From Octopus vulgaris (Eukaryota): 64,000 nt of DNA. Of this stretch, positions 25,536 to 40,098 are shown piece after piece. The stretch's first letter is position 1, and each line of letters begins with the position of its first letter. Made by a program: the position numbers and the translations under genes. The stretch spans positions 5,828,001 to 5,892,000 of the forward strand of contig OX597814.1 in NCBI GenBank assembly GCA_951406725.2, read 5' to 3'. Under the pieces are notes generated by a model. That model searched no databases. It worked only from the letters and a program-made list of their open reading frames with translations, and was not told the DNA's origin.

Positions 25536-25586
25536 ATACACTCTCACACACACACACACACTCTCTCACACACACACACACACACA

Positions 25587-25665
<79 letters not shown>

Positions 25666-26046
25666 ATGTTTGTATGTAAGCAGAGTTTTTCAAAAGCTCT
25701 CCTTCGAAGTCCCATTCTTCTAACGGGAAAAATGAAGAGCAGTTCTCCTTTTTTCCCCCCGAAAATTTCATGTTTAAAATATTTTCGTCTTCTTCCGTAC
25801 GAAGTATGGGACTAACATATCATGAGGTAGCATTTTCATATTCCATAACTATATATACAGACGTACAATATGTGTGTGTGTATATATGTATATATATATC
25901 ATCATCATCGTTTAACGTCTGCTTTCCATGCTGGCATGAGTTAGACGATTTGACAGAGGACTGGCAAGCCAGGAGGCCACACCAGGCTCCAATCTATACA
26001 TATATATCAATATCAATATATATATACATATATATATATATATACC

Positions 26047-26256
26047 GGAGTAAACACATAAATGTGAAACAAGGTGGAAAAAAGAGTACTCAAATACCAG
26101 TGGTAGAGTAATATGCTTTACTTAAAGCAGCAGAAAATTCAACAAAACCTGTTACTCTGAGTTTCCCGTTGCCGTTCATCGGACTGTTTTTGCTAGCAAA
26201 ACAGGAAACTCAGAGTAACAGGTTTTGTTGAATTTTCTGCTGCTTTAAATAAAGTA
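26047..26256 (-). mobile_element. Penelope-like fold-back with hammerhead motif at 26144-26190
   Basis: About 50-bp inverted arms within (TA)n. Minus strand reads AAAACAGT-CCGATGA-ACGGCAACGG-GAAA-CTCAGAG-TA-ACAGGTTTT. Confidence 0.6.
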
Positions 26257-26291
26257 TATATATATATATATATACTTTATATATATATAAA

Positions 26292-26330
<39 letters not shown>

Positions 26331-26333
<3 letters not shown>

Positions 26334-26539
26334 TAATCCCTCACCATATCGTGGTTTAAGATTTAAGCTTATGTTAATTCCTCCCTGGTGTTGTTTTGCA
26401 TTTTTAATAAAATAAATATTTACAAATTATAAAAATAAAAGAAAAATATTTACAGTACAGTACTCTTTCTACTTCATGGATTTTCACTTTTCATGGGGGG
26501 CTTTGGAACATAACACCTGCGATAGTTGAGGGATTACTG
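26331..26539. mobile_element. Tigger/pogo-type MITE
   Basis: TA-CAGTAATCCCTC...GAGGGATTACTG-TA terminal inverted repeats. Confidence 0.85.
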
Positions 26540-26735
26540 TATACACACAAAAACACACTCTTAATGTGTATATATATATATATATACACATACATACGTG
26601 CATATATATATATATACATACATATATATACACATACATACATGCATATATATATATGTATGTGTATATATAATATATATGTATATATATATATAATATA
26701 TATATATACATATACATATATATATATATATATAT

Positions 26736-26768
<33 letters not shown>

Positions 26769-26782
26769 TATATATATATATA

Positions 26783-26867
<85 letters not shown>

Positions 26868-26871
<4 letters not shown>

Positions 26872-27110
26872 ATAGTTTTTCTATAAGCTCAAAGCTTATG
26901 TCGATCACCGTGCGATGACTAAGGAAAATAGTCTAATAAAGGGGCATATAAGCCCTCGACAGAAAAAAGGAGGCTTTCCTATCAGCATGGGAAAGCCTTC
27001 TTTTTCCTTTCGAGACCTTATATGCCCCTATATTTGACTATTTTCCTTAGTCATTGCACGGTGATTGCTATAAGCTTTGAGCTTATAGAAAAGATACCAT
27101 TAGTATTATT
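26868..27110. mobile_element. Palindromic fold-back MITE-like element
   Basis: About 115-bp imperfect inverted arms around a 9-nt loop, adjacent to (TA)n. Confidence 0.7.
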
Positions 27111-27183
27111 TACAGGATTGTAAAATATGGCACCGTATAATAAAGCCATTCACACTGAAAGCTTATATATATATATATATATA

Positions 27184-27455
27184 GGCGTAGGAGTGGCTGT
27201 GTGGTAAGTAGCTTGCTTACCAACCACATGGTTCTGGGTTCAGTCCCACTGCGTGGCGCCTTGGGCAAGTGTCTTCTACTATAGCCTCGGGCTGACCAAA
27301 GCCTTTTGAGTGGATTTGGTAGATGGAAACTGAAAGAAGCCTGTCGTATATATGTATATGTGTGTTTGTGTGTGTGTGTGTGTATGTCTGTGTTTGTCCC
27401 CCCCAACATCGCTTGACAACTGATGCTGGTGTTTTTACGTCCCCGTAACTTGAGC
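27184..27455 (+). mobile_element. SINE family A, 3'-truncated
   Basis: Head and middle match 390-650. Confidence 0.85.
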
Positions 27456-28409
27456 ATAGAGACAAAGTAACTCAATGCTCAAAAGGTGCTTTTTATGTGC
27501 CACCTGCACAGGTGCCAGTTATGTGACACCAGCATCAGCCACAATTGTCATTTCACTTGGCCTGACAGGTCTTCTCAAGCACAACATATTGCCAAAGGTC
27601 TCGGCCACTAGTCATTGCCTCTGTGAGGCCCAAAGTTTGGTGTGAGGCCCATATATATATATAAACATCATCATCATTGTCATCATCATCCTTTCCATGC
27701 TGGCATGGGTTGGATGGTTTCACTAGAGCTTGTTAGCTAAGGTGCTGCACTATGCTCCAGTCTCATTTGGTTTCTATGGCTGGATAATCTTCCGAATGCT
27801 TACCACTTTACATTGTGTATTGGGTGCTTTTAATGTGTCGCCAGTATTATATAAATATAACAATTCATATTTTTTACAGTAAGAAAGATACTTTCGTCAT
27901 GAAGAAAAGCGACTATAAATTCCTTAACTAATTTCTTCTTTCTACCTAATACGTTAACCAACAAATCAAAATAGATTTGTGATTAACGTAGACATGGCAT
28001 AAAAATTTACCGATGTCTCCAAAAGAGTGAGTGACGTGGAGTTGAGTGACTACCAAATGAACACTAAAGTCTCTCCCCAAATCCAGGGTTTTTATAACTG
28101 CTCAACCTGACCAAAAAGAATCGAAATTCAGGACAAACATTCTTTTCGAAACTTCTAGAATCTTTATATGAGCAGTTATATTAACCAATGGGAAAAAAAC
28201 GAAAATGATAATTCTTTGGCAAAGACATTATGTCATATTGCCAATTCGCGCCACATTTCAAAATGGCTAAAATGTTTATTGCTACACCAGCATTGAGTGC
28301 TCCAATATCGAACTGGCACAGGGTTCTTGCTGGCCACTCCTCTCCCCCCAGGGGCAGCAGCAGCCTGAACACTTCTACTGTGGAGGACAGGTCTTCTAGA
28401 GCACAATAA

Positions 28410-29580
28410 AGTGTCAGGCATTTCGGCCCTTTGTTATCTCATCTGAAAGGTTCAGCATCCTGAGGTCGCCTTCAGTACTTCATTCCATGTCTTCCTGGGT
28501 CTCCCTATTCCATGAGTTCCATCTACTTTGAGAGATCAGCACTTCTTTATGGACCTGTCAGCATCCATCCATATCTCATGACCAAACTAGGGCAGTCTTC
28601 CCTCTTACACGCAGCATCTGATTCCTCTTATGCCTAGCTTCTCTCTCAATGGATGGAAGCACTCCATCGGTTATGACGACGAGGGTTCCGGTTGATCCGA
28701 ATCAACGGAACAGCCTGCTCGTGAAATTAACGTGTAAGTGGCTGAGCACTCCACAGACACGTGCACCCTTAACGTAGTTCTCGGGGATATTCAGCGTGAC
28801 ACAGAGAGTGACAAGGCCGGCCCCTTGAAATACAGGTACAACAGAAACAGGAAGTAAGAGTGAGAGAAAGTTGTGGTGAAAGGGTACAGCAGGGATCACC
28901 ACCATCCCCTGCCGGAGCCTCATGGAGCTTTTAGGTGTTTTTGCTCAATAAACACTCACAACGCCCGGTCTGGGAATCGAAACCGCGATCCTATGACCGC
29001 GAGTCCGCTGCCCTAACCACTGGGCCATTGCACCTCCAATACACTCTGTCAAACATGTACACTTACATTGCACATCCAAATGAGCATACTGGCCTTATTC
29101 CTCTCTAGCCTTTGCATGTCCTCTTCATTCAGGACCCATGTCTTGCTACCATGGAGCATTGCTATTCATTTCCATGCATCATACAATCTTCCTTTCATTC
29201 AGAGAGAAAGAAAGAGACCTTCGGTTGCCAACAGATCTCTGAATTTTCTCCATCCTATTCTTATTCTAGCAATTACATTCATTATACATCCCCCCACTGG
29301 GTAGCAGAAATTATCCACAACCTCCAAAGAGCCTCTGGGGCATTTGTGGAAATTGATTTCCCGAGTATCTGTAGTTTTTAGGGCTCCCATGCATCTTTCC
29401 ACACACAAACGCTACCTTCCTTGATAACCTTCTTATTGTCCCACTGCAACTCTTGTGTGTCCATAGCTTTCTCTGGGTGCACCATATGGAATTCCTGCCT
29501 ACACCTTTTCTACAAATCAAGCAGGGCTGATTACCTGAAGCGGGTAGGATCCTGTCTTTTTTCTTGCTTATGTAGACCAT
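28410..29580 (-). mobile_element. Older RTE LINE relic
   Basis: ORF 29311-29580 PCLICRKGVGRNSIWC...THKSC, with downstream RT C-terminal similarity. Confidence 0.75.
28657..29037 (-). mobile_element. SINE family B nested in an RTE relic
   Basis: Reverse copy of 21029-21412 with RTE-derived sequence on both sides. Confidence 0.88.
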
Positions 29581-29591
29581 AGTCTTTATAA

Positions 29592-29647
<56 letters not shown>

Positions 29648-29698
29648 GTATATATACGCACACATTTACATACATACACACACACACACACATTTACA

Positions 29699-29735
<37 letters not shown>

Positions 29736-30265
29736 TTTGGATTTGGTTTGCAAGATTCTTTATATGAGTTCTTGTGTTGAAGCATATTCTGTTGTGTCTG
29801 GGGAGTCATTTTCTTTTTGTGCCTTATGATTCAACACACACACTGGTAAAATTTCCACTTATTTCTTATTTTATTTTCATTTAATAAATAAGTGGAAATT
29901 TTACCGGTGAGTGTGTTAAATCATAAGGCACAAAAAGAAAATGACTTAGAGATATATGATGATGATATATATATAAAAAAAATTAATAAATAAATAAATG
30001 AATAAAATAAAATAATAATAAAATATATCTATATATATATATATATATATATATATTTTAAAATTTTATAAGTATAAATTATTGATTTAAATAATTTTTA
30101 AAATTTTAACTTTAATTTAAATTTTTAAAATTTTGAATTTTATATTTTATATATTTTTTATTAATTAATTTTATTTCTATATATTGGTTTATGTTTTTCA
30201 CTATTTGATTTGCCTAATAGTGGTTTTATCTCTAATTTAATATAATATATATATATATATTTTTA

Positions 30266-30329
<64 letters not shown>

Positions 30330-30335
30330 TAATTC

Positions 30336-30370
<35 letters not shown>

Positions 30371-30469
30371 ATATACATACATACCCATTGGTCGATCCTG
30401 AGAAAGTAAAAGAAGTGTTGGTTGACTGTGAACAGGGTTGTGTAGTGACCTCCCATACACGTCACAATT

Positions 30470-30511
<42 letters not shown>

Positions 30512-30728
30512 GTGTGCATTTCTGGTCATATTGAATATGTGAGAAAACCCAACAGACTGAAAACAAATATTTTCCCATGGCCACCTTCTTTAGTCAGACA
30601 TGTCTGTTGTGTTGCTGTCGTCAACTTCCTCTGTCCTTTATCTTTCATGTCTCATTGCAAACAATATCAAAGTTTCATTGAAAACAGAGAAACATGAAAG
30701 CAGAAATTTCGGCCTCGCAAACTTCAAA

Positions 30729-31210
30729 CTTTTTATCATGCCTAATGCACCTACTACGATAGGAATTGTTTCTGTTTTTAGATTCCGCATTCTGGTTACC
30801 TCTATTTCCAGGTCTTTGTATTTTGAGAGTTTCTCCATTTCTTTTAGAGACACGTTGTCATCTGCCGGTATTGATACATCAATTAGAAAGCATTTTTTTT
30901 CTTCATGATCTCTGACAACTATATCTGGTCTGTTGGCCTTAATTTCTCTATCTGTGTGTATCGGCATATCCCAGGGTAGGTGCATTAAGCATGATGAAAA
31001 AATATTCAGACAAATACATAACAAAAACACCAGGACTTACAAACACATATAACATACAGAAAATTGCACTACTGGGCACTGCACACATCCTACGCAGAAC
31101 ACTTTCCATACAATAACCATCAGAGCATCACAACAAATCACAGCACATACCCAAGGCACACAGAGCTGCGCTCGGTAGTGAAGTGAAAGCACGCTATAAA
31201 AATAAAACTA

Positions 31211-31213
<3 letters not shown>
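30729..31213 (+). mobile_element. Dong LINE 3' end with 5' inverted segment
   Basis: 30729-30974 is the reverse complement of the RLE region. 30975-31213 is the sense 3' end followed by (TAA)n. Confidence 0.85.
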
Positions 31214-31262
<49 letters not shown>

Positions 31263-31325
31263 GTGTATGGAAAACACTCGGTGAGAAATGGAAGAAAATT
31301 TTAAGAAAGAAGGAAAAAAAAAAAA

Positions 31326-31369
<44 letters not shown>

Positions 31370-31370
<1 letters not shown>

Positions 31371-32178
31371 CGCAAAAGAAATAGACAAAGAAAAATCCCA
31401 GCAATGGTTGAGAAGCTCAGGACTCAAAGCAGAAACAGAGGGATTTTTAATTGCAGCACAAGACCAAAGCCTCCCCACCAGAAATTACCAAAAACATGTA
31501 ATGAAAAGAAATATTACAAGTAACTGCAGAATATGTGGAGATGGACAAGAAACAATAAATCATATTATCTCTAGCTGCCCAGTCCTGGCTAAGAAGGAAT
31601 ATATTCACAGACATGACAGAGTTGGAACTTACATACATTGGAAGCTATGCCAACATTATGGAATAACAACAGAAAAAAGATGGTATAGGCACACACCAGA
31701 AAAGGTCACAGAAAACGAGAAAGCAACCATACTCTGGGATATGCCGATACACACAGATAGAGAAATTAAGGCCAACAGACCAGATATAGTTGTCAGAGAT
31801 CATGAAGAAAAAAATGCTTTCTAATTGATATATCAATACCGGCAGATGACAACGTGTCTCTAAAAGAAATGGAGAAACTCTCAAAATACAAAGACCTGGA
31901 AATAGAGGTAACTAGAACGTGGAATCTGAAAACAGAAACAATTCCTATCATAGTAGGTGCATTAGGCATGATAAGAAAATATTCAGACAAATACATAACA
32001 AAAACACCAGGACTTACAAACACATATAACATACAGAAAATTGCACTACTAGGCACTGCACACCTCCTACGCAGAACACTTTCCATACAATAACCATCAG
32101 AGCATCACAACAAATCACAGCACATACCCAAGGCACACAGAGCTGCGCTCGGTAGTGAAGTGAAAGCACGCTATAAAT
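31370..32178 (+). mobile_element. R4/Dong-clade (RLE) LINE, 5'-truncated
   Basis: ETEGFLIAAQDQ, CCHC knuckle CRICG..ETINHIISSC, RHD and restriction-like endonuclease RPDIV..LID. Starts right after (TAA)n. Confidence 0.92.
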
Positions 32179-32583
32179 AAAGAATCACCTTCAGACATTT
32201 ATCGAATCATTTCTCTGTGTTATACTTTAAACTTGCTACGTTCTGTGGTTTCGGTCTGCATTTATTGTGACCAACAGACAGACCATGGTTTCCAAACGCA
32301 TAGACATACATGTACCATTGTATACATGCCCATATGTAGTTGCGTACCTACACATACTTGCACACATACATACTCTCACTCATACACACACATTACATAT
32401 ACTCACTATGAATATACACCAACACACACACACACACACGTTCTCATACAACATACACACAATCAGTCGCCTCAATCTCTGCACACACATCTCCACTAAT
32501 TTATGCCAACACTCCTCTGTAGCATCTCATTATGAACTGCTTTTATTATTTATTTTCTTATTTTCTCTTCGGGTATATTGATA

Positions 32584-32642
<59 letters not shown>

Positions 32643-32645
<3 letters not shown>

Positions 32646-33030
32646 CAGAGTTGGGACCTACATACACTGGAAGCTATGCCAACATTATGGAATAACAACA
32701 GAAAAAAGATGGTATAGGCACACACCAGAAAAGGTCACAGAAAACGAGAAAGCAACCATACTCTGGGATATGCCGATACACACGGATAGAGAAATTAAGG
32801 CCAACAGACCAGATATAGTTGTCAGAGATCATGAAGAAAAACAATGCTTTCTAATTGATGTATCAGTACCGGCAGATGACAACGTGTCTCTAAAAGAAAT
32901 GGAGAAATTTTCAAAATACAAAGACCTGGAAATAGAGGTAACCAGAATGTGGAACCTAAAAACAGAAACAATTCCTATCATAGTAGGTGCATTAGGCATG
33001 ATAAAAAAATATTCAGACAAATACATAACA
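32643..33030 (+). mobile_element. Dong LINE fragment
   Basis: DRVGTYIHWKLC...RPDIVVRD...KYKDLEIEV starting right after (TAA)n. An older relic (KVLWDF..TDRVIEARR) follows at ~33300-33380. Confidence 0.88.
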
Positions 33031-34596
33031 GGTCTGATTGCAATGCTCTCCATCCTAAAAGTAATATCAATTGACTTTACTTCCAATGGTAGGGAGGAGA
33101 CCGAGGATTACTAAATGCAGACAACACCATTGATATTGTGTTATTGGGATTGAAAATTTATGTTGTGCCGAGTGAAGAAAGAATACCATTGGCAGCTAGG
33201 GATGCCCCAAACGGGACTGAAACAATTGGGGAATTCAAAGGAAGATGTAAGAACAACAGAATGAACAAATGGAAAGAAATGGAGCTGTAGAAAGTAAGAA
33301 ATACAAGGTGTTGTGGGACTTTAGCATTTAGACTGACAGAGTAATAGAAGCTAGAAGGTCTGGTTTAGTAGTAGACGATAGAGAAAGACTTTCCCTCTAT
33401 TCATTCCTAAATGTCTTTCCCTCTATTCATTCCTAAATGTCTTTCCCTCTTCTTCATTGTTAAGAGTAAAGAAGCAAGGAAAGATCGATCGTATTCCAGT
33501 CTAATTGTCATTTTAAATGACTGAGGCTTTCCTTTCTCTGCCTCTCTCACTTCATTCCTTTTCTCTATGGTTAAGAGAGTGAAGGCATGTGGCTCAGTGC
33601 TTAGGTGTATTCGGCCCATGATCATAAAGTCACGAGTACGATTCCCTGCAGCGCACTGTAATTTTGAGCAAGGTACTCTACTCCACTTTGCTGCAGTGTA
33701 CTCAGCTTGCAAAAGTGAGTTGTAGCTGTAATTCAAAGGGGCCATTCTGTGTGAGACTGAATCTCCCTGAGAACTATGTTATGGTATGCATATCTGTGGA
33801 GTATTCAGCCACTTGTGAGATAATTTTATCCTTGTGTGGTAATGAAAAGTGAAATTGACATCCAATATTTGCTGTGTCTATGTATCTGTGTATCAACTTT
33901 TCTTTGGATCTATGTATCTACTGTTTCTCTCACTTTCTCTTTTTCTCTCTCACTTCCTCTGTGTTCCTCCTCTCTCCCGCTTGTAATTTAACAGTGTGTA
34001 TATGTATCTATGTATCTACTTCTCTTGCTTGTGATAAACATTTAAAAACACAAAATGAACGCCGTCACCACTTACTGCCTCTTTCACTTTTCCTCTTTCT
34101 CTCTCACTCTCTCTCTTTCTCTTTCTCTCTTTCTCTCTCTCTCTCTCTTACTTCCTCACTGCTCTCCTTTCTCTCGCTTTGTCACTCACGTCTTCTTTGA
34201 AGTAAGTGTGACACACACGGCAGGTACGTACAAAAGGAACAAATTGGCATATTAATATTATCAATGATAATAATGGGCTTATTGTATAGAGTGCTTCAGT
34301 GCAATACACTTCATCAGAAATGATTAAAAAAGAGAAGGAACAAAAAAAAAAAATAAGTGAAGAAGTAAAGAAAGGCAACAAAGAAAGCTGAAAAGAAAGC
34401 GAACATTAAAAGAGACATAAAGAGGAAAGGATGGATGGGCATGTCTGGAGTGGTGTTGGTGAATTTTAGAAAGTATGAGATTTTTAAAGGATGCAGTCTC
34501 CTGATTGAGTATAAACTGGTGCGGATGGTTTATTCCAGGTTTCAACCATTCTGATTTAAAAAAGTAAAAAAATAAAAAAATATTTCTGCTCTAAAT

Positions 34597-34650
<54 letters not shown>

Positions 34651-36033
34651 CATACACATATAATAATAATAGTTTAATAGAGGTTTTTCTCTAAGTTATA
34701 TAAATAAATATATATCGGAGTCGTAGGCATTAGGAAGGGCATCCAGCTGTAGAAACTCTGCCAGATCAGATTGAAGCCCAGCGCAGCCGTCTGGTTTGCT
34801 AGCCCTCTGGTTTGCCAGCCCTCAGTCAAATCGTCCAACCCATACTAGCAAGGAAAGCAGACGTTAAACGATGATGATGATGATGATATATATATATATA
34901 TATATATACACACACTGTGATGATGATGATGATATATATACATATATATATACACACACTGTGCTTGAGGAGCCCTATTGAGTCAAGTACATCAACATCA
35001 AAAAAATCAAATGAAAATTGTAGTTGGGATCCCTGTGCCGGTGGCACTTAAAATACACCCTCCGAATGTGGCCGATGCCAGCGCCGCCTTGGCTGGCTTC
35101 CGTGCCAGTGGCACGTAAAAAGCACCAACCAATTGTGGCCGTTGCCAGACTCCCCTGGCCCCTGTGCTGGTGGCACGTAAAAAGCACCCACTACACTCAC
35201 AGAGTGGTTGGTGTTAGGAAGGGCATCCAGCTGTAGAAACATTGCCAGATCAAGATTGGAGCCTGGTGCAGCCTCCTGGCTTCCCAGACCCCGGTCAAAC
35301 CCTCCAACCCATGCCAGCATGGAGAACGGACGTTAAACGATGATGATGATGATGATGGGTGCTGTATATTGATTTTGTAAGCATGTCTATGAGTGGAAGC
35401 AGAATTGAATGAGAAAAGGTGGTCGTAGCAAAGGGGGTGGATAATCGTGTGGGATTCCAGGCAGCTTCTAGACATTGAGGTTTTAATGTGCCTCAGAGAA
35501 GAAAAACAGAAAAATCTCTCTTGACTGAGAGACAGACACTTTAGCCTTCAACGGTATAAAGCCATTCTGCTCTCACTCCCACTCTCACTCTCACCCAAAG
35601 GCTTTTCTCTTCTTTCTTTCTTTCTTTCTTTACTTTGTCTTGCAAGTTACTTGGTGAAGCAGGTGAGGTAGAGAGAGGGACGGTGGTGTGAGAAGGTGAG
35701 AAGTCAATGACTTAAGGTGAAGGAAGAAGACGAATGGGAAAGTTGGACAGGAAATAGGATAAACAAGCTTTTCAAACGGACTACAAAAAACTAAGACAAT
35801 TAATTTGGTTGTTTAAAGTATAGTGACGGGGAAGAGAGGGGTGGGTGGGTAGGAAAGCAGGTGGGTAGAATACATTAAACATGTGCAGAGATACAATTAT
35901 GACAGATTAAAGGGTGGGGTGGGGGAGTTAGGTGGGGGTAAAATTGCAGAAGTTTGTTGTAGGAAGGGACAACATGTGCAGAAGGCAGTCATATCCATAT
36001 GCATGCATATACACATACACAAATATCTATATA

Positions 36034-36439
36034 TACTCTTTTACTTGTTTCAGTCATTTGACTGCAGCCATGCTGGAGCACCGCCTTCAGTTGAGCAAAT
36101 CGACCCCGGGACTTATTCCTTGTAAGCCCAGTACTTATTCCATCGGTCTCTTTTGCTGAACTGCTAAGTGACAGAGACGTAAACACACCAGCATCGGTTG
36201 TCAAGCAATGCTAGGGGGACAAACACAGACACACAAACACATACACACACACATATATATATATATACATATATACGACGGGCTTCTTTCAGTTTCCGTC
36301 TACCAAATCCACTCACAAGGCTTTGGTTGGCCCGAGGCTATAGTGGAAGACACTTGCCCAAGGTGCCATGCAGTGGGACTGAACCCGTTACCATGTGGTT
36401 GGTTAGCAAGCTACTTACCACACAGCCACTCCTGCGCCT
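36034..36439 (-). mobile_element. SINE family A
   Basis: Full-length reverse copy. Confidence 0.9.
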
Positions 36440-36976
36440 ATATATGTATATATATTTACATACATACATACATTCATACATATATAAATCAAAATCGCTG
36501 ACATGGCTGATGACAGTACTGATTGGTACTTGTGCTAGTGGAATGTTAAAAGCATATCCGAGCGTGATTGTTGCCAGGGCCACGGATTGGCTCCCGTGCA
36601 GGTGGCACATGAAAAGCACCATTCGAACATGATCGTTACCAGTGTCTCCTTACTGACACTTGTGCCGGTGGCATGTGAACAAAACATTTGAGCGAGGTCA
36701 TTGCCAGTGCTGCTGGACTGGCTCCCATGCAGGTGGCATGTAAAAAACACCATTTGAGTATGACCGTTGCCAGTACCGCCTGACTGGCCCTCGTGCCAGT
36801 GGCACATAAAAGCACCCACTTCACTCTCGGAGTGGTTGGCGTTAGGAAGGGCATCCAGCTGTAGAAACACTGCCAGATCAGATTGGAGCCTGGCGCAGCC
36901 ATCTGGTTCACCAGACTTCAGTCAAATCGTCCAACTCATGCTAGCATGGAAAGCGGACATTAAACAATGATGATGA

Positions 36977-37030
<54 letters not shown>

Positions 37031-37547
37031 TCATCATCTGTTAGCGTCCGCTTTCCATGCTAGCATGGGTTGGACGGTGCAACTGGGGTCTGGGAAGCCA
37101 GAAGGCTGCACCAAGCCCAGTCTGATCTGGCAATGTTTCTACGGCTGGATGCCCTTTCTAATGCCAACCACTTCGTGAGTGTAGTGGGTGTTTTTTCGTA
37201 CCCACTACAACACTATATACAGTATATATATATATATATATATATACATACATACACACACTCACACACACACACACACACACATACATACATGTATTGA
37301 TATATGTCATCCAGGTGTGATGGGCTGACTACATTGCATAACCGAAGGACAAGAGATGGAGAATCAGGGTGATGGAATGGATAGCAAGACAATGGACATG
37401 ATGAAGAGGCTGACCGAAGAGAAGATGGTGAGATGATCTCATTCATTGCCTGGGACCTACACAGCCAAGACTGGCCAGAGACAGACAGTGGTGGAAGGGC
37501 TCTAGGGAAGAGTTCCTCCTTCATGACTGATGAAGCTCTGGATAAGG

Positions 37548-37633
<86 letters not shown>

Positions 37634-37950
37634 ATAAAGACTTTTGGCATTATGTTGTGCTTGGGAAGCCCTATTAAGCCGAGCAAAATCACAGTTGTGG
37701 CAGATACTGGTGTCACACAAATTGGCACCTGTGCCGGTGGTATGTAAATGTACCTCAGTGTCATGCAAATGGCACCTATACCAGTGGCATGTAAAAGCAG
37801 CCATTACACTCTCAGAGTGGTTGGTGTTAGGAAGGGCATCCAGCCATAGAAAACCATACCAAATCATACTGGAGTCTGGTGCAGCCTTCCAGCGTGCCAG
37901 CCCTGGTCAAACCATCCAACCCATGCCAGCATGGACAATGGACATTAAAC

Positions 37951-37983
<33 letters not shown>

Positions 37984-39277
37984 ATATATGTAAGTTGTGA
38001 AAATGAAGTCAAAGTAAATTGTGATATTTTGAAATCCTTTGCACCATTTATTCATGTGTGGGTCACTGCCAGAGCCGCTTGACTGGCCTCTGTGCCGGTG
38101 GCATATAAAAAGCACCCACTACACTCTCGGAGTGGTTGGCATTAGGAAGGGCATCTAGTTGTAGAAACACTGCCAGATCAGACTAGAGCCTGGTGAGGCC
38201 TCCTGGCATGCCAGTCCCCAGTCAAACTGCCCAACCCATGCCAGCATGGAAAACGGACGTTAAACGATGATGATGATGATGTTGATATATATATGTATTG
38301 TGGATTTGTGTCTGTATTTGTCCTCCCCCCACCACCACTTGATAACTTGTGTTGGTTTGTTTACGTTCACGTAACTTAGTGGTTCAGTAAAAGAGATCAA
38401 TAAAAAAGAGAAAGAAGTTGGTGTCTTAATTTGTTTGATTAAAAGTCTTCAAGGTGGTGCCCCAGCGTGGTCGCAGTTTGATGACTGAAAAAGATAAAAG
38501 AACCATTAAATTCCTTTGTAAAACTTTAAGCTAAGGGAGGTAAGTCTAGTTCACCTATCTCAGTAATTATATGGCTCTGAAACCTCTGATGGTCGCTTTA
38601 CCTGCTAGAAATAGCAACCTAAATGCTTTTAAATCAGATCCTAATGCTAGATGTTCAAGAACCAAATAAAGGACAGATTTTCAATCCTGATTCCAAAAAG
38701 GGGTACTATGTGTATGTCGAGCAAATGTAGACTGAGACACAGGGGTCACAGACAAACAGACAGAATTTCACTTTTATTAGTATAGATGAAGGACGACCAT
38801 TTATTTTATATGAAGGCTGATCACAAAGTGTATTGCACCACAAGCATTGATTGGTTGAGTAGAGACATGGTTTAAGTCAAAATAGAAGGATTAATGGAGA
38901 ATCTTGCCTCTCACAACATAGAAACATTTCTCATGGCATCAGCAGATAAAATGGAAAAGGCATTGCCCTGGATAACAGTGAGGGTGATGTGCTGGAACAG
39001 CCAGTTTGACTCATGTGACTCTCACTTCTGTCCAGCCATCTCTGCCCCAACAATAGTGAAGAGGGGGTATGGTTTGAGGCCCAAGAACATCGGTAGTCTC
39101 AATTACCGCAGGATTGACCATAAACCTAGTCAAATTGCAAAGTAGCTTCATGCCAGAAGTTAACAGCTAGGAGCATATTCCGTTTAGTCATTTCTGATGA
39201 TTGCTAGAATTGCTTTTGAACTTCTGGTATGAAACTAATCAATAATTTGGCTAATATGAGACTACAATATTATATTT

Positions 39278-39325
<48 letters not shown>

Positions 39326-39610
39326 AACTGCTACTGCTGCCGCCGCCGCTACCACTGCTACCACCACCACCACCACCACCACCACCACCACCACTACTAA
39401 TAATAATTTCTTTTATTGGCCAAAAGGGCCCATGAGGTAGGATTTACATTGATCAAAGTTAGACATTACAACAATTAGGATAGAATGAAAAAGATATGAA
39501 AATAAAATTTAGAAAAATAATTAAATAGAATCCCCAACAGCAGGGTTGTGCACCTACAGTGATGCATGTGTGTGTGTGTGTGTGATTATAATTATACAAA
39601 ATATGTAAAC

Positions 39611-40005
39611 AGACGCAGGAGTGGCTGTGTGGTAAGTAGCTTGCTAACCAACCACATGGTTCCGGGTTCAGTCCCACTGCGTGGCATCTTGGGCAAGTGT
39701 CTTCTGCTATAGCCTCCGGCCGACCAGAGCCTTGTGAGTGGATTTGGTAGACGGAAACTGAAAGAAGCCCGTCGTATATATGTATATATATATGTATGTG
39801 TGTCTGTGTTTGTCCCCCTAGCATTGCTTGACAACCAATGCTGTTGTGTTTACGTCCCCGTCACTTAGCGGTTCGGCAAAAGAGACCGATAGAATAAGTA
39901 CTGGGTTTACAAAGAATAAGTCCCGGGGTCGATTTCCTTGACTAAAGGCGATGCTCCAGCATGGCTGCAGTCAAATGACTGAAACAAGTAAAAGAGTAAA
40001 AGAGA
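39611..40005 (+). mobile_element. SINE family A
   Basis: Full-length copy ending about 90 bp upstream of exon 2. Confidence 0.9.
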
Positions 40006-40098
40006 GAGAGAGACTTAAACATTATTGTGGCACAAGTATTTTCTTTTTTACCTCCTCTTTGAATGGTTTGCTCTCAATTTTCAATTTTTTTCTTGCAG

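Noticed and set aside
27870-28035. Candidate extra exons in intron 1
   Set aside because: Stops occur in the required phase-1 frame, and exon 1 already joins exon 2 cleanly.
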